A stretch of 64,000 nucleotides of DNA, taken from positions 58,416,325 to 58,480,324 of the forward strand of contig NC_052157.1 in assembly GCF_902713615.1 (NCBI RefSeq). The letters are read 5' to 3'. The position numbers and the translations under genes were made by a program. This stretch comes from Scyliorhinus canicula (Eukaryota). The notes under the pieces were generated by a model. That model had not been told where the DNA came from. It made no database searches and saw only the letters and a program-made list of their open reading frames with translations. Below, one piece after another: positions 12,149 through 24,900 of this stretch; the stretch's first letter is position 1, and each line of letters starts with the position of its first letter.

Positions 12149-12710
12149 CTGGGGAGAGAAATATCAATGTTTAACACTGAATGGTTTGAAAATCCATGAG
12201 ACTCGATTTACACCCCATCTATTACTGGTGCCCAGTGGCTGCAGGGTGGACCATCTACAGGACACAGAAGGAACTCCCCAACGTTTTACAATGGAAGGAG
12301 GAGGATCCTGGACACAGGAGTGGACAACTTCATTCAACATTGGCTCATGGTCCAGATGAGTGATGTCAGTCTTCCACCCAACACAGAATCTACAATACAA
12401 ACCAAGTGAGATACATTCAGTGCCTCTTTAACAATGCAGGAGAATGGATGAGGAGCCCTCGGAACTCCCAAAATTATCACCATCATGAGTCATTGATGAG
12501 CCTCACCTTCCTGGATCCTCACTGTCTCAGACAGAGGTTCTCATTGTAATACCCCTTTCAGGGATAGCAGCATGACATCAATAGAGAGGAATTGTGTCAT
12601 TTGATCCAGACTCAGTATCACTTTGGCCTGTGAGCAGAACACAGCACACACAGCTCTGCCGCTGGTGTCTTCAAGCTTTCCATCCTGTCTTATCAGTTGT
12701 CAGGTGCTTA

Positions 12711-12920
12711 GTTTTTAAAAATAAATTTTGAGTGCCCAATTCATTTTTTCCAATTAAGGGGCAATGTAGCGTGGCCAATCCCCCTAACCTACACATCTTT
12801 GGGTTGTGGGGGTGAAACCCATAGAAGCACGGGGGAGTGTGCAAACTCCTCACGGATAGTGACCCAGAGCTGGGATCGAACCTGGGACCTGTGCTAACCA
12901 CTGGACCACCATGCTGCCCT
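12711..12920 (-). mobile_element. tRNA-derived SINE (short type)
   Basis: TSD TCAGGTGCTTA on both sides. Family match to 7932-8157. Confidence 0.87.
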
Positions 12921-13884
12921 CTCAGGTGCTTAATTTAAATAAATCAACCCACAACATATTTACACAATCCCTTATTGGTGCATTTATATCATCTTAAAAA
13001 CACATGATGTTCACTCGTGGTCAAACATTCTGGCAGCAAGAGACAGTACAGGTACGACACGGTGAACAGCCTGAGTTCACTTACATCGCATGAGACCACC
13101 CTCGACACTTTGGTCAGACCTCAACAGAATGGCAGTATCAGAGAGTGTTGAAATCACAGCCTGGCTGACTGTGGAGGAAATCTCTGAGGACAGAAACATG
13201 GACATGAAGCCACTAACAAACCAAAACATGACCGTGATGTGCCCAGTGAGATGATGAGTGACATTTCACTTTCCAGGCTTATCCTCAAATGGCTGAAGAA
13301 TAAATGGAAGATGTAATGATTTCTCTCGGCACACCAGATAAATTAAAATGTTAGAGTTTGTGCAACAGTTGTGCTTGATAATTATTGGGCAATTGTTGAA
13401 CAATGTCACATGTTTCAAACTGTCCGTCTCATGAAAACTTAGATATCTTCAAACCATCCAAAGTGTTTGCCAGGATTTGAATCAGCTGTCCTCAGAAAGT
13501 ATTTGCTATTTGCCAAGATTGACACAGTGCATGCACCAACATTCAAACCCTGTGAATTCTACAAAATATGTATCTGCAGACATGGAAGGTCATGGCGAAA
13601 CAAACTGATATGAAACTTTCAGTGAACAGTGGTTCACTAACTCCATGTGCATGTTCCATAGTCCTGGGTTGCAAGTACCATCAATTCTACTGGGTGTCAG
13701 AAATATTCTACACTGTACAGACTAATGGCCCAGTGATCAAATGTCCACCAGCATTTTGCAAAATGCAAATTCCAGCAACTGCAAGAAGAAAAGACGAAAG
13801 ATACAATACGACAAAAACTTAATTCCTTTATTTCCCATTTCTTTTACTTTGTTGTTATCATTTATTATCCATGGATATTTAATG

Positions 13885-14653
13885 GAAATGTAGCTTTAAG
13901 TCAAGCAGAGGAAGTGAACAACTCAAAAGTTTCAAATAGCACACTGTGCTATGAGGGTTTATATTTTGAACAGAAGAGCTCAGACTTTCTGGCACCTGAG
14001 AGTTGGGAGGCATTTGGATTGAAAGGTTGGCTTGTAGCCAATGGATTGGCTAAGGGCCGTATTCTGCCCGGTGACATTGTTTCAGCCAGGTGGGGGTTAT
14101 CAGAGGACACAGAGAGAACGTTCTAGACTCCGAGTGAAAAATATGTGAGTTGTTCTATCTCAAACAAAATGTTTCTTGGCTGATGTTTCTGAGCCTGCAG
14201 TGAGGTTTTGGGATCCTGATAAATCTACAGTGAAAACCATTATAGACTGAAAGCAAGACAATCCAACCGTAAGCCGAAGCTAAAAGACTCACTGGAAGAT
14301 GTTCATCTGAAACAGAGACTTTTATCCTTTCACTATTCGTAACATTCCTTTTTACACCCCTCCTTCCCTCTGTGTTTGTCTGTCTTGTGTGTGTGTAGAG
14401 GACAGGGAGTGTCAAAGAAGGGAGGTTAGGAATTAGACAATAATTAACCAGCTGTATTTGCTGTCGATTTAATTATAACTATTGTAATTAATAAAAATTA
14501 ATTGTGTTTGAATTTATAAACCTTGTGATTGGACAGCTAAAGGCCAAAGTCTGTGGGTATTTTCTTAGAATTAATTGTTAATTTCAATTGTGTTGTGACT
14601 CCGTGTCAAGTGCGGCTCAAATTGACCGTGCACTAGCCCAGGGTGTCATAATA
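13885..14653. mobile_element. Solo-LTR-like element
   Basis: Terminus ..ccagggtgtcataa(t)a is shared with 30250-30273 and, inverted, with 16021-16060. Contains AATAAA. Left boundary approximate. Confidence 0.55.
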
Positions 14654-14864
14654 GTGTCCACAGTCATGTGACCCCATTTTGGCCATATTGGGATAATTTA
14701 GGAATCTCCCAGGAATCCTTTTGAAGGAAGACAGACCATCATTCCGGAATCTTCATGACCTGATATTTTTGCACAACTTGATCACTCACACATGGGCATA
14801 GATCAGACATGAAAATCGCAAGAGAGACAGCCTATTGGCCTGGTTTGCCCAATAACATTGAGTC

Positions 14865-15200
14865 ATCATAGAATTTACAGTGCAGAAGGAGGCCATTTGG
14901 CCCATTAAGTCTGCACCAGCCCTTGGAAAGAGCACCCCACTTAAGCCCACACCTCCACCTTATCCCCGTAACCCAGTAATCCCACCTAATGTTTTGGACA
15001 CTGAGGGAAGTTTAGCATGGCCAGTCCACCTAACCTGCACATCTTTGGACTGTGGGAGGAAACCGGAGCACCTGGAGGAAACCCACGCAGACACGGGGTG
15101 AACGTGCAGACTCCGCACAGACAGTGACCCAAGCCGGGAATCGAATCTGGGACACTCTGTAGCTGTGAAGCAACAGTGCTAACCACTGTGCTACCGTGCC
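14865..15200 (-). mobile_element. HE1/V-SINE-like SINE (long type)
   Basis: tRNA-like head, V-domain core (tccaggtgctccggtttcctcccacagtccaaagatgtg) and CR1-type tail. Confidence 0.88.
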
Positions 15201-15237
15201 CCATCATCAAGAAGTATGAGGCACGTCAGTACCATAT

Positions 15238-15574
15238 GGGGCCTCACGGTAGCATGGTGGTTAGCATCAATGCTTCACAGCTCCAGGGTCCCAGGTTCGA
15301 TTCCCGGCTGGGTCACTGTCTGTGTGGAGTCTGCACGTCCTCCCTGTGTGTGCGTGGGTTTCCTCCGGGTGCTCCGGTTTCCTCCCACAGTCCAAAGATG
15401 TGCGGGTTAGGTGGATTGGCCATGCTAAATTGCCCGTAGTATAAGGTTAATGGGGGGATTGTTGGGTTACGGGTATACGGGTTATGTGGGTTTAAGTAGG
15501 GTGATCATTGCTCGGCACAACATCGAGGGCCGAAGGGCCTGTTCTATGCTGTACTGTTCTATGTTCTATGTTCT
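15238..15574 (+). mobile_element. HE1/V-SINE-like SINE, young
   Basis: Nearly identical to 44855-45175. (TGTTCTA)n tail and apparent TSD ATATGG. Confidence 0.9.
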
Positions 15575-16020
15575 ATATGGCAGGTCAGCACAAAGAACCA
15601 TTGGTTCCACATGAGGTTCCTACCCAACCTCTGCCCAAAACCGGATCTGAGTTCCTTTGTGTTCAAGGTACTGACTTCACCGTCATCATCAAGTACTTTG
15701 CGAAGAATCCCATTATTCAACAATAAGTCAAGCACAACTGTTACACACACTTTAATTGCTATCTTCAATTTATTTAGTGTGTCCAGAGAGACCATCACAT
15801 AAAACAGTCTGCAAAATATTGGTCAGCCAATTCCGGATTTGATTGAGTATTGGAATATCGATTACACCAACTCTTCTTCTCATTACCCTCGATCTAATAG
15901 CCTAGCAAAATGAAGGATTCACCTGGTGAAGTCACAAATTCTCAAATGTAGACCGAGATCTACACATTGTAATCCTACACCCGAGAGTGACACCTTTAAG
16001 CGCAACTATTACATCGCTGG

Positions 16021-17040
16021 TGTTACGACATCCTGAGCAGTGCACAGTAAATTCCATGCCCCCTTGACCTGGAGACTCAACACTATTGAATTAACCAATA
16101 ATTCTTCGAAAAATACCCGCAATCTTTGGCCCTTGGCTGCCCAATAATTACAGTCACCAGGTTTGTAAATTTAAACACAATTACTTTTTATTTATAATAA
16201 GAACTATAATGAAATATTCAGAAAATACAACTGGTTAACTATTTTCGAATTCCTAATCCCTAATCCGCCAATTTAACTTGCCCCCACCCTCAACATGCGC
16301 ACTCACACACACACGGCAGACAGACACAGGGCGGAGAAGAGGGGTGTAAAAATAATAATGAAAGGGATAAAAGTATTTTTTCAGATGGTTGCCTTATAGC
16401 ACATCTTTCTTAAATTTAGTCTTTCAGTTTGAGGTGTTCACTGTGGAGTCATTCATTCAGATTATCTGTAGGTTCAGAAATAAAGCAGCTCAGAGAATNN
16501 NNNNNNNNNNNNNNNNNNNNNNNNNNNNNNNNNNNNNNNNNNNNNNNNNNNNNNNNNNNNNNNNNNNNNNNNNNNNNNNNNNNNNNNNNNNNNNNNNNNN
16601 NNNNNNNNNNNNNNNNNNNNNNNNNNNNNNNNNNNNNNNNNNNNNNNNNNNNNNNNNNNNNNNNNNNNNNATTCACTGCTTCCTTGAACGTCCAGGGCCA
16701 ACTCTGCTTTTCTTTGGTCTCTGGAATTCATCCCGCTCAGGCAGGATCCAATCACCACCTGTTACCGGGTAGAATACTACCATTTCGGCAATTCACTGGC
16801 CACCAGCCAACCAATCGAAGCAAGTCACACCCCATCTCGGGTGCCACTAAGTCTGAGTTCTGTTACTCGAAAACTAGCACTATATGCTGTGTTGCAACTT
16901 TTAGAACTCATAAATCTCTCTGCTGTTTCACTTAAAAAAAACATGGCCATTAAGCATCCATATATCAAAATGATAATGGCACAAAAAGAGTGGGGAAATG
17001 AGGGAATCAGCAGGAAAGACCCTTATGTTGGCAGAGCACA
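16021..17040 (-). mobile_element. Solo-LTR-like element spanning an assembly gap
   Basis: Begins tgttacgaca.., the reverse complement of the LTR terminus at 14653/30273. Right boundary approximate. Confidence 0.55.
16499..16670. other. Assembly gap (172 N)
   Basis: Run of N. Confidence 1.
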
Positions 17041-18489
17041 TTTTTGATAGTGCGCACCAATTTACATCCTCTTACTCATTCTACTGTCTCAGAAACTAGA
17101 GTATAACTTATAAAACTGCAAGAGAAGGTAGCCAACGTGCATGATAACAATGGAGCTACAGAACTGCCACGTTTACAACTGGGGCAACAAGTTAACGTCC
17201 AGGATCCCACAGAAGGTTAGTGATAACCAGCTGAGGTGACAAAGATTTGTTCAGAACCAGGGCCCTATGAGATTATCACGCACAAAGGCAATGAGCCGTA
17301 AGTGAGGAGGAACCAGATCCATTCCAGCTCCTCAGCCAGCGTACAGTCCTAACGCATCGAGGACAAGATACCAAATTAAACCAGGAACAACCTCCGATAA
17401 TGACAATCCCACAGATTACTGAGTGCAATGAAAGAAACCTCCAGACAAGGTCTCCATTACAAGATCTGGGCATAGCAGCAGATTTCCTCAGCCCTTTGGA
17501 GACTCATAGATTCATTGGCTCGACACATTTCTGTAATGGTAAATAAACATGAACAAGATCCCAGAAGCCCCTTGTTTCCTGTCCTTCTGAAACATCCATG
17601 ACTTCAGCAGGAATCTGCAGAGCTTTTGATGTGGGTCTTAAATCATCAGACAGAGGCCATTCGGCCATCATGTCTCTGCTAGCTCTTTGAAAGATCTATC
17701 CAATTAGACCCCCTACCCCCTGTCTTTCCCCCATAATCCTGCCAATTTTCCCCTTCAGTTATTGATCGCATTGGCCTTTTGAAAGATTCTGTTGAAACTG
17801 CTTCCAGCACCTTTCGAGCAGTGAGTCAATGGTTTCCTCCTGAGCTGCAAAATTCAGAGATTCTGTGAAATGTAAACTTTGCAGCAGATCAGAGATAATC
17901 ATGAGAACTCGAAATATTTGACACCTTTACACACTGACTGCTCTGTCTTCCTTCTCTTTTTCAGTTATCTTTCACACTTATTGAAGTTTCTAGCAGGGTG
18001 AGAATGGACAGGAAGTGTGACGCTAAGCAGCCCGTCTCTTCTCAGAGCTGCTGTGTTGTTCTCATGGGGAATTCTGACTATAATCAGAAAAAGACACCAA
18101 TTTCAGTCCATTTGCTATCGGAGTCCTGACATCAGGATAGAGTTCACCCCCCCAGTTTACATCTCAGATTCTCTACTCAACCCATTACCCCTGTCAATCA
18201 CTGACCTACTAACAGAAACACTTTGACTTTAGGATTCTTCCATAACCCCTGCAAACCTTCCCATCTCTGTAACATCCTCCAGTACCAACAACACTTGGAG
18301 ATGTCCGAACTCTTCGCTGTCACACAGGGAATCAGTGTACATCAGATAGCACAGGAGTGATGGGTCAATGGGACTTGCTGTGTGTTTGTCCACTGGGTCA
18401 CTGCTGTATTGGTTCCCAATCAGAGCTCAATAAGAATGATCTTTTACAAAGATGATTAACCATAAATCTGTCCGAGCTGATGATATTAC

Positions 18490-18529
18490 CTTGGAGAAGT
18501 GTCAGAAAAAAGTAAGATTTCCCGATCAT
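18490..18529 (-). CDS. Signal-peptide (leader) exon of Siglec-like gene A; full exon 18490-18571
   Basis: Polypyrimidine tract and AG at 18573-18572, ATG at 18529, MIGKSYFFLTLLQ+G, GT donor at 18489-18488. Phase 1 joins V1 in frame (..LLQVGLSQEW..). Paralogous to 52790-52871. Confidence 0.88.
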
Positions 18530-18829
18530 TGTCCACTCCCAGATATTTCATCAGCTTCTCACTCTCAAGTTCTGGAAGAGAAAGGAGTTAATGAGACCTC
18601 ACCTCTTGTCCGACAGCTCTCGAGAGATCAGAGATGCTTTTAGACAATGACTTCACAGACTAATTTGATTCAGTGTGGGATGATAGGTGCTCTGCAGAGA
18701 GTTACAATGCTTTAGGAAAGAATTATCTCACTCAACTCAGAAGCAGTAAGTCCGGATATCGAGTTCCCAATCCAGAGCCTCGACTCCCATTTGCCTGCTC
18801 AACACACCCTGGAAACGTAACGGAGACAG

Positions 18830-21420
18830 CACTGCACTGTCAGAGGTCCAATAGTGAGGTGAACAAGACTGTTGGTGGGTCAGTACTGAGAGAGTGCTGC
18901 ACTGTCAGAGGGTCAGCACTGAGGGAGCACTGCACTGTCAGAGGGTCAGCACTGAGGGAGCACTGCACTGTCAGAGGGTCAGTACTGAGGGAGTGCTGCA
19001 CTGTCAGAGGGTCAGCACTGAGGGAGCACTGCACTGTCAGAGGGTCAGTACAGAGGGAGTGCTGCACTGTCAGAGGGTGAGTACTGAGGGAGCGCTGCAC
19101 TGTCAGAGGGTCAGCGCTGAGGGAGCACTGCACTGTCAGAGAGTCAGTACTGAGGAACTGCTGCACTGTCAGAGGGTCAGTACTGAGGGAGTGCTGCACA
19201 ATTGGAGGGTCAGTACTGAGGGAGTGCTGCACTGTCAGAGGGTCAGCACTGAGGCAGCAGTGCACTGTCAGAGGGTCATTACTGAGGGAGTGCTGCACTG
19301 TCATAGGGTCAGCACTGAGGCAGCACTGCACTGTCAGAGAGTCAGCACTGAGGGAGTGCTGCACTGTCAGAGGGTCAGCACTGAGGGACTGCTGCACTGT
19401 CAGAGGGTCAGCACTGAGGGAGCACTGCACTGTCAGAGGGTCAGTACAGAGGGAGTGCTGCACTGTCAGAGGGTGAGTACTGAGGGAGCGCTGCACTGTC
19501 AGAGGGTCAGCGCTGAGGGAGCACTGCACTGTCAGAGAGTCAGTACTGAGGAACTGCTGCACTGTCAGAGGGTCAGTACTGAGGGAGTGCTGCACAATTG
19601 GAGGGTCAGTACTGAGGGAGTGCTGCACTGTCAGAGGGTCAGCACTGAGGCAGCAGTGCACTGTCAGAGGGTCATTACTGAGGGAGTGCTGCACTGTCAT
19701 AGGGTCAGCACTGAGGCAGCACTGCACTGTCAGAGAGTCAGCACTGAGGGAGTGCTGCACTGTCAGAGGGTCAGCACTGAGGGACTGCTGCACTGTCGAG
19801 GGTCAGTGCTGAGGGAGCACTGCACTGTCAGAGGGTCAGTACTGAGGGAAAGCTGCACAATTGGAGGGTCAGTACTGAGGGAGTGCTGCACCGTCAGAGG
19901 GTCAGTACTGAGGCAGCACTGCACTGTCAGAGAGTCAGTACTGAGGGAGGGCTGCACTGTCAGAGGGTCAGTACTGAGGGAGTGCTGCACTGTCAGAGGG
20001 TCAGCACTGAGGGAGCACTGCACTGTCAGAGGGTCAGTACAGAGGGAGTGCTGCACTGTCAGAGGGTGAGTACTGAGGGAGCGCTGCACTGTCAGAGGGT
20101 CAGCGCTGAGGGAGCACTGCACTGTCAGAGAGTCAGTACTGAGGAACTGCTGCACTGTCAGAGGGTCAGTACTGAGGGAGTGCTGCACAATTGGAGGGTC
20201 AGTACTGAGGGAGTGCTGCACTGTCAGAGGGTCAGCACTGAGGCAGCAGTGCACTGTCAGAGGGTCATTACTGAGGGAGTGCTGCACTGTCATAGGGTCA
20301 GCACTGAGGCAGCACTGCACTGTCAGAGAGTCAGCACTGAGGGAGTGCTGCACTGTCAGAGGGTCAGCACTGAGGGACTGCTGCACTGTCGAGGGTCAGT
20401 GCTGAGGGAGCACTGCACTGTCAGAGGGTCAGTACTGAGGGAAAGCTGCACAATTGGAGGGTCAGTACTGAGGGAGTGCTGCACCGTCAGAGGGTCAGTA
20501 CTGAGGCAGCACTGCACTGTCAGAGAGTCAGTACTGAGGGAGGGCTGCACTGTCAGAGGGTCAGTACTGAGGGAGTGCTGCACTGTCAGAGGGTCAGTAC
20601 TGAGGGAGTGCTGTACTGTCAGAGGGTCAGTACTGAGGGAGTGCTGCACTGTCAGAGGGTCAGTACTGAGGGAGTGCTGCATTGTCAGCGGGTCAGTGCT
20701 GAGGGATTGCTGCACTATCAGAGGGTCAGTACTGAGGGAGTGCTGCACTGTCAGAGGGTCAGTACTGAGGGAGCGCTGCACTGTCAGAGGATCAGTGCTG
20801 AGGGAGTGCTGCACTGTCAGAGAGTCAGTACTGAGGGAGTGCTGCACTGTCAGAGAGTCAGTACTGAGGGAGCGCTGCACTGTCGGAGGGTCAGTACTGA
20901 GGGAGTGCTGCACTGTCAGAGGGTCAGTACTGAGGGAGTGCTGCGCTGTCAGAGGGTCAGTACTGAGGGAGTGCTGCACTGTCAGAGGGTCAGTACTGAG
21001 GGAGTGCTGCACTGTCAGAGGGTCAGTACTGAGGGAATGCTGCACTATCAGAGGGTCAGTACTGAGGGAGAGCTGCACTGTCAGAGGGTCAGTACTGAGG
21101 GAATGCTGCACTATCAGAGGGTCAGTACTGAGGGAGGGCTGCACTGTCAGAGGGTCAGTACTGAGGGAGAGCTGCACTGTCAGAGGGTCAGTACTGAGGG
21201 AATGCTGCACTATCAGAGGGTCAGTACTGAGGGAGGGCTGCACTGTCAGAGGGTCAGTACTGAGGGAGGGCTGCACTGTCGGAGGGTCAGTACTGAGGGA
21301 GTGCTGCACTGTCAGAGGGTCAGTACTGAGGGAGTGCTGCATTGTCAGCGGGTCAGTGCTGAGGGAGTGCTGCAATGACGGAGGGCCAATACTTAGGGGC
21401 TGCTGCACTGACGGAGGGTC
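18830..21420. repeat. 33-bp minisatellite (GAGGGTCAGTACTGAGGGAGTGCTGCACTGTCA)n, about 78 units
   Basis: Direct reading. The 11-aa periodic pseudo-ORFs (RVSTEGVLHCQ) confirm the 33-nt period. Confidence 0.97.
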
Positions 21421-21944
21421 AGTAATGAGTAACTTCAGTGGAGTTTTAACATTAAGGAGAGAGTGTGGAAATATCTCTTCATGGAGTTGGTTTTGAAAAA
21501 TATTTACAGGATGTAGGTATCACTGGACCAGCATTAATTACCCACCCCGAGTTGCCCTTGAGAAATTGTTTGCGGCTGCTTTCTTGTACTGCTTCAGTCC
21601 CAGTGTAGGTGCATCCACCGTGCTGTTTGAGAGGCAGTTCCATGATTTTGACCCAGTGACAGTGAAGGAGTGACTGGTATATTTCCAAATCATGACGCTG
21701 AGTGACTTGAAGGGGAATCTCCAGCTGGTGTGGTTCCCAGGTATCTGCTGCTCTTGTCCTAATAGGCGGCAATGGTCCTGGGTTTGGAAGGTGCTGCCTC
21801 AGGAACCTTGGTGAGTTACTGCAGTGCATCTTGTAGATGATGCACACGGCTGCCACTGTTCGTCAGTGATGGAGAGAGTGAATGTTTGTGAATGGGGTGG
21901 CAAACAAGCGGGGCTGCTTTGTCCTGGATTGTGTTGAGCTTCTT

Positions 21945-24900
21945 TTTAAAAAACTTTTATTGAAGACATTTTCAAATATATACATAACAAAGAATCACAA
22001 AAGCCAACTGTGGCAATGGGAAACAACACCCCACCTGGTTACACCCCCCCTCCCCCCAACAAATACTCCCCACTCTCCCAGCTGCCACCCTGGCACCTTT
22101 TCTAGTTTTTCACACAAACCCCCAGCCCAAACAGAAAAAACAAAACCCCTTCTCCGTTAACGACTTCATACCCCTTCAAGAAGTCGATGAACAGCTTCCA
22201 CCTTGAGGTGAAGCCCTCCACTGCACCTAGAATGATGAACTTAATCCTCACCAAATACAAAAGCTCTGCCAAATCGCTGACCCATTTCCCTGCCCTCGGC
22301 AACTCTAAGTCCCGCCACGCAACAGAATCCGTCTCGGGGATATCAGGGGGGCAAAGGCCAACATGTCGGTCCCTCTGCCCACCTGTACTCCCGCATTGTC
22401 CGACGCTCCAAATATCGCCACCTCCAGACTAGGAGCTACCTCTACCCCCAAAATCTTTGACATTACATCCGCAAATCCCATCCAAACCCCCTCAACCTCG
22501 AACATTGCTCAAAACATATGGACAGGTATTCGCCACCCTCCCCGCGCACACCTATCTACCACCCCCAAAAGGAACTAACTCATCCTGGACGCCGTCATGT
22601 GGGCCCTTTGCCACTTTAAACTGGATGAGGCACATGGCGAGGACACATTAATCCTCCGCAAGGCTGCACTCCATATTCCAGCCCCAGAGCCCCACCAAGC
22701 TCCTCCTCCCACTTTCTCCTAACCTGCTCCAAGGGAGCACTCTCTATCTTCAATACCCTATATACCTGAGACCTTGCTCTCCCCTATCTCATCCTCGGAC
22801 TGGGGTTTATCCTGCAGCACTGGGAGTGGCAGCATTGGAAACAAAGGCACCTCCTTTCCTCATGAAGTCCCTAACTTGCAGAAACCTGAACCCAATCCCT
22901 CTTGGCAACTCGTACTCCTTCTCCAGCTCCTCCAGGTCTGCAAACGTCTCTCCGACAAACAAACCCCCAAAATATTCTATCCACACCTGCCGCCACTCCC
23001 GGAACCTCGCATCCACCCTCGCTGCTGCAAACCCGATTATCGCAAATCGGCGCCCGCAGGGACATACCTTCCATTCCAAAATGCTGCCGACACTGGCTCC
23101 ACACCCTCAGTGTTGATACCACCACCAGGTTCGTGGAGTACCTAACCGGCAAGAACAGAAAGGGCACCAACAACAGTGCCCTCAAACTGGTCCCCTTACA
23201 TGAGGCCTCCTCCATCTGCCCCCAAACTGACCACTCCTGTACCGTCCATTTCTTAACCGTTGCGATGTTTGCTACTCAATTTTAGTTTTGCAAGTTTCTC
23301 AACTCTACTCCCCACCCCCACCCCCCTCCCCCCACCCCCACACACACAGCTCCCTCTCCAGGAACACCCTCCTAACCGACGGAGGCTTCCCCACCCACAC
23401 AAACCTCAAAATCACCCCATTAATGTTCCTAAAAAAGGACTTGTCAGGAGGTTCTGGAACACAAACAAAAATTTTGGCAGTACTATCAGCTTTGCCTTCT
23501 TGAGTCGGCCTGCCAACGGCAAACGCAGCACATCCCACCTCTTAAAGTCCGCCTTCATTCCCGCCACCAGCCGCTCCATGTTCAGCCTGTGAAGTGGGCC
23601 CAACTCTGCACCACGTGTATCCCAAGGTAACGAAAACTCGTCCCTACCAATTGGAGTGGCAGTTTTACCAACCTCCTCTCGTGTCCCCAAGCATTCAATG
23701 GGAACTTTTACCAATGTTAAGCCCATACCCCGAAAAGTGGCCGAACTCCCCCAAAATCCCTATGATCCTGTTGAAGCTCCCAACCGGGTCTGAAATGTAC
23801 AACAGGCAGGAGATCATTCTCATACAAAGAAACTTGATACCCGACCTCCCCCCTCTCACTCACCCCCCCACCCCTTCGAGCCCCTAAGCGTCATTGCCAA
23901 CTGCTCAATCGACAGGGCAAAGATCAGTGGGGAGAGGGGGAAGCCCTACCTTGTCCCCTGGTGCAATTCAAAATATCCCGAGTTGACCTTGTTAGTCTGA
24001 ACACTTGCCTTAAATGCCTTATACAGCAGCTGAACCCAGCCCACAAATCCCCGGCCAAACCCGAACCGCCCCAGTATGGCACTCCACCCAATCGAAAGCT
24101 TTCTCCGCGTCTATTGCCACGACCACTTCAACTTCTCTACCCACCGGGGGCATCATAATTACATTAAGTAACCTTTGTACACTTGGTGGCAGCTACTGCC
24201 ACTTCACAAATCCCGTCTGGTCTTCACCTATCACTTCCGGAACAGAATCCCCTATCCGCATCGCTAGCACCTTCGCATCTACATTCAACAGCGAGATTGG
24301 GCGGTACAATCCACATTGCACTGAGTCCTTGTCTTTCATTAAAATAAGTGATATTGAAGTCTGAGACTGCAGGGGGGTGGGGGGGCTGGACGGGAGTGGG
24401 GGGGGGGGGGGGGGGGGGGGGGGACGGAGTTCTCCTCTCTCCATCAACTCATTATACATCCTGACTAGTAGGGGCCCCAGCTCTGACCCAAATGTCTTAT
24501 AGAACTCAACTGGAAACCCATCTGGACCCAGGGCCATCTCTGCCTGCATCGACCCCAAACAGTCCATCACCTCCCTCAACACGATTGGGACCCCCCAGCC
24601 CCTGCACCTTCGCCTCCTCCACCTTTGGAAACTCCATCCCATCCAAAAGCCGTCTCATCCTTTCATCCCCACCGGAGGCTCCGAGCTGTACAATTTCCAG
24701 TAGGAAGTCTCAACAACCCCCCCACCCCCCCACCCACCTCCGGCCCTGATACCACCGTGTCCCTATTGTCTCTCATCCTCCCAATCTCCCTCACCATCGC
24801 CTGCATCCTCATCTGGTACGCAAACATCTGGTGGCTTTCCCCCCGTACTCATAAACCACCCCCACCCCCCCACCCCCACCCCCCCCCCCCCCCCCGACCC

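Larger units (their letters stand above)
15580..17500 (+). mobile_element. Gypsy integrase remnant, split by a solo LTR
   Basis: HEVPTQPLPKTGSEFLCVQGTDFTVIIKYFAKNPII (degenerate integrase core start) at about 15605-15720. C-terminal-like ELPRLQLGQQVNVQDP at about 17160-17210. Confidence 0.6.

Noticed and set aside
18830-21420. CRISPR-like array
   Set aside because: Head-to-tail tandem units with no unique spacers, eukaryotic context and no cas genes.
18840-21496. Long ORFs (300-537 aa) on both strands
   Set aside because: By-product of a stop-free 33-bp minisatellite (11-aa periodicity in several frames on both strands). No splice or domain evidence.
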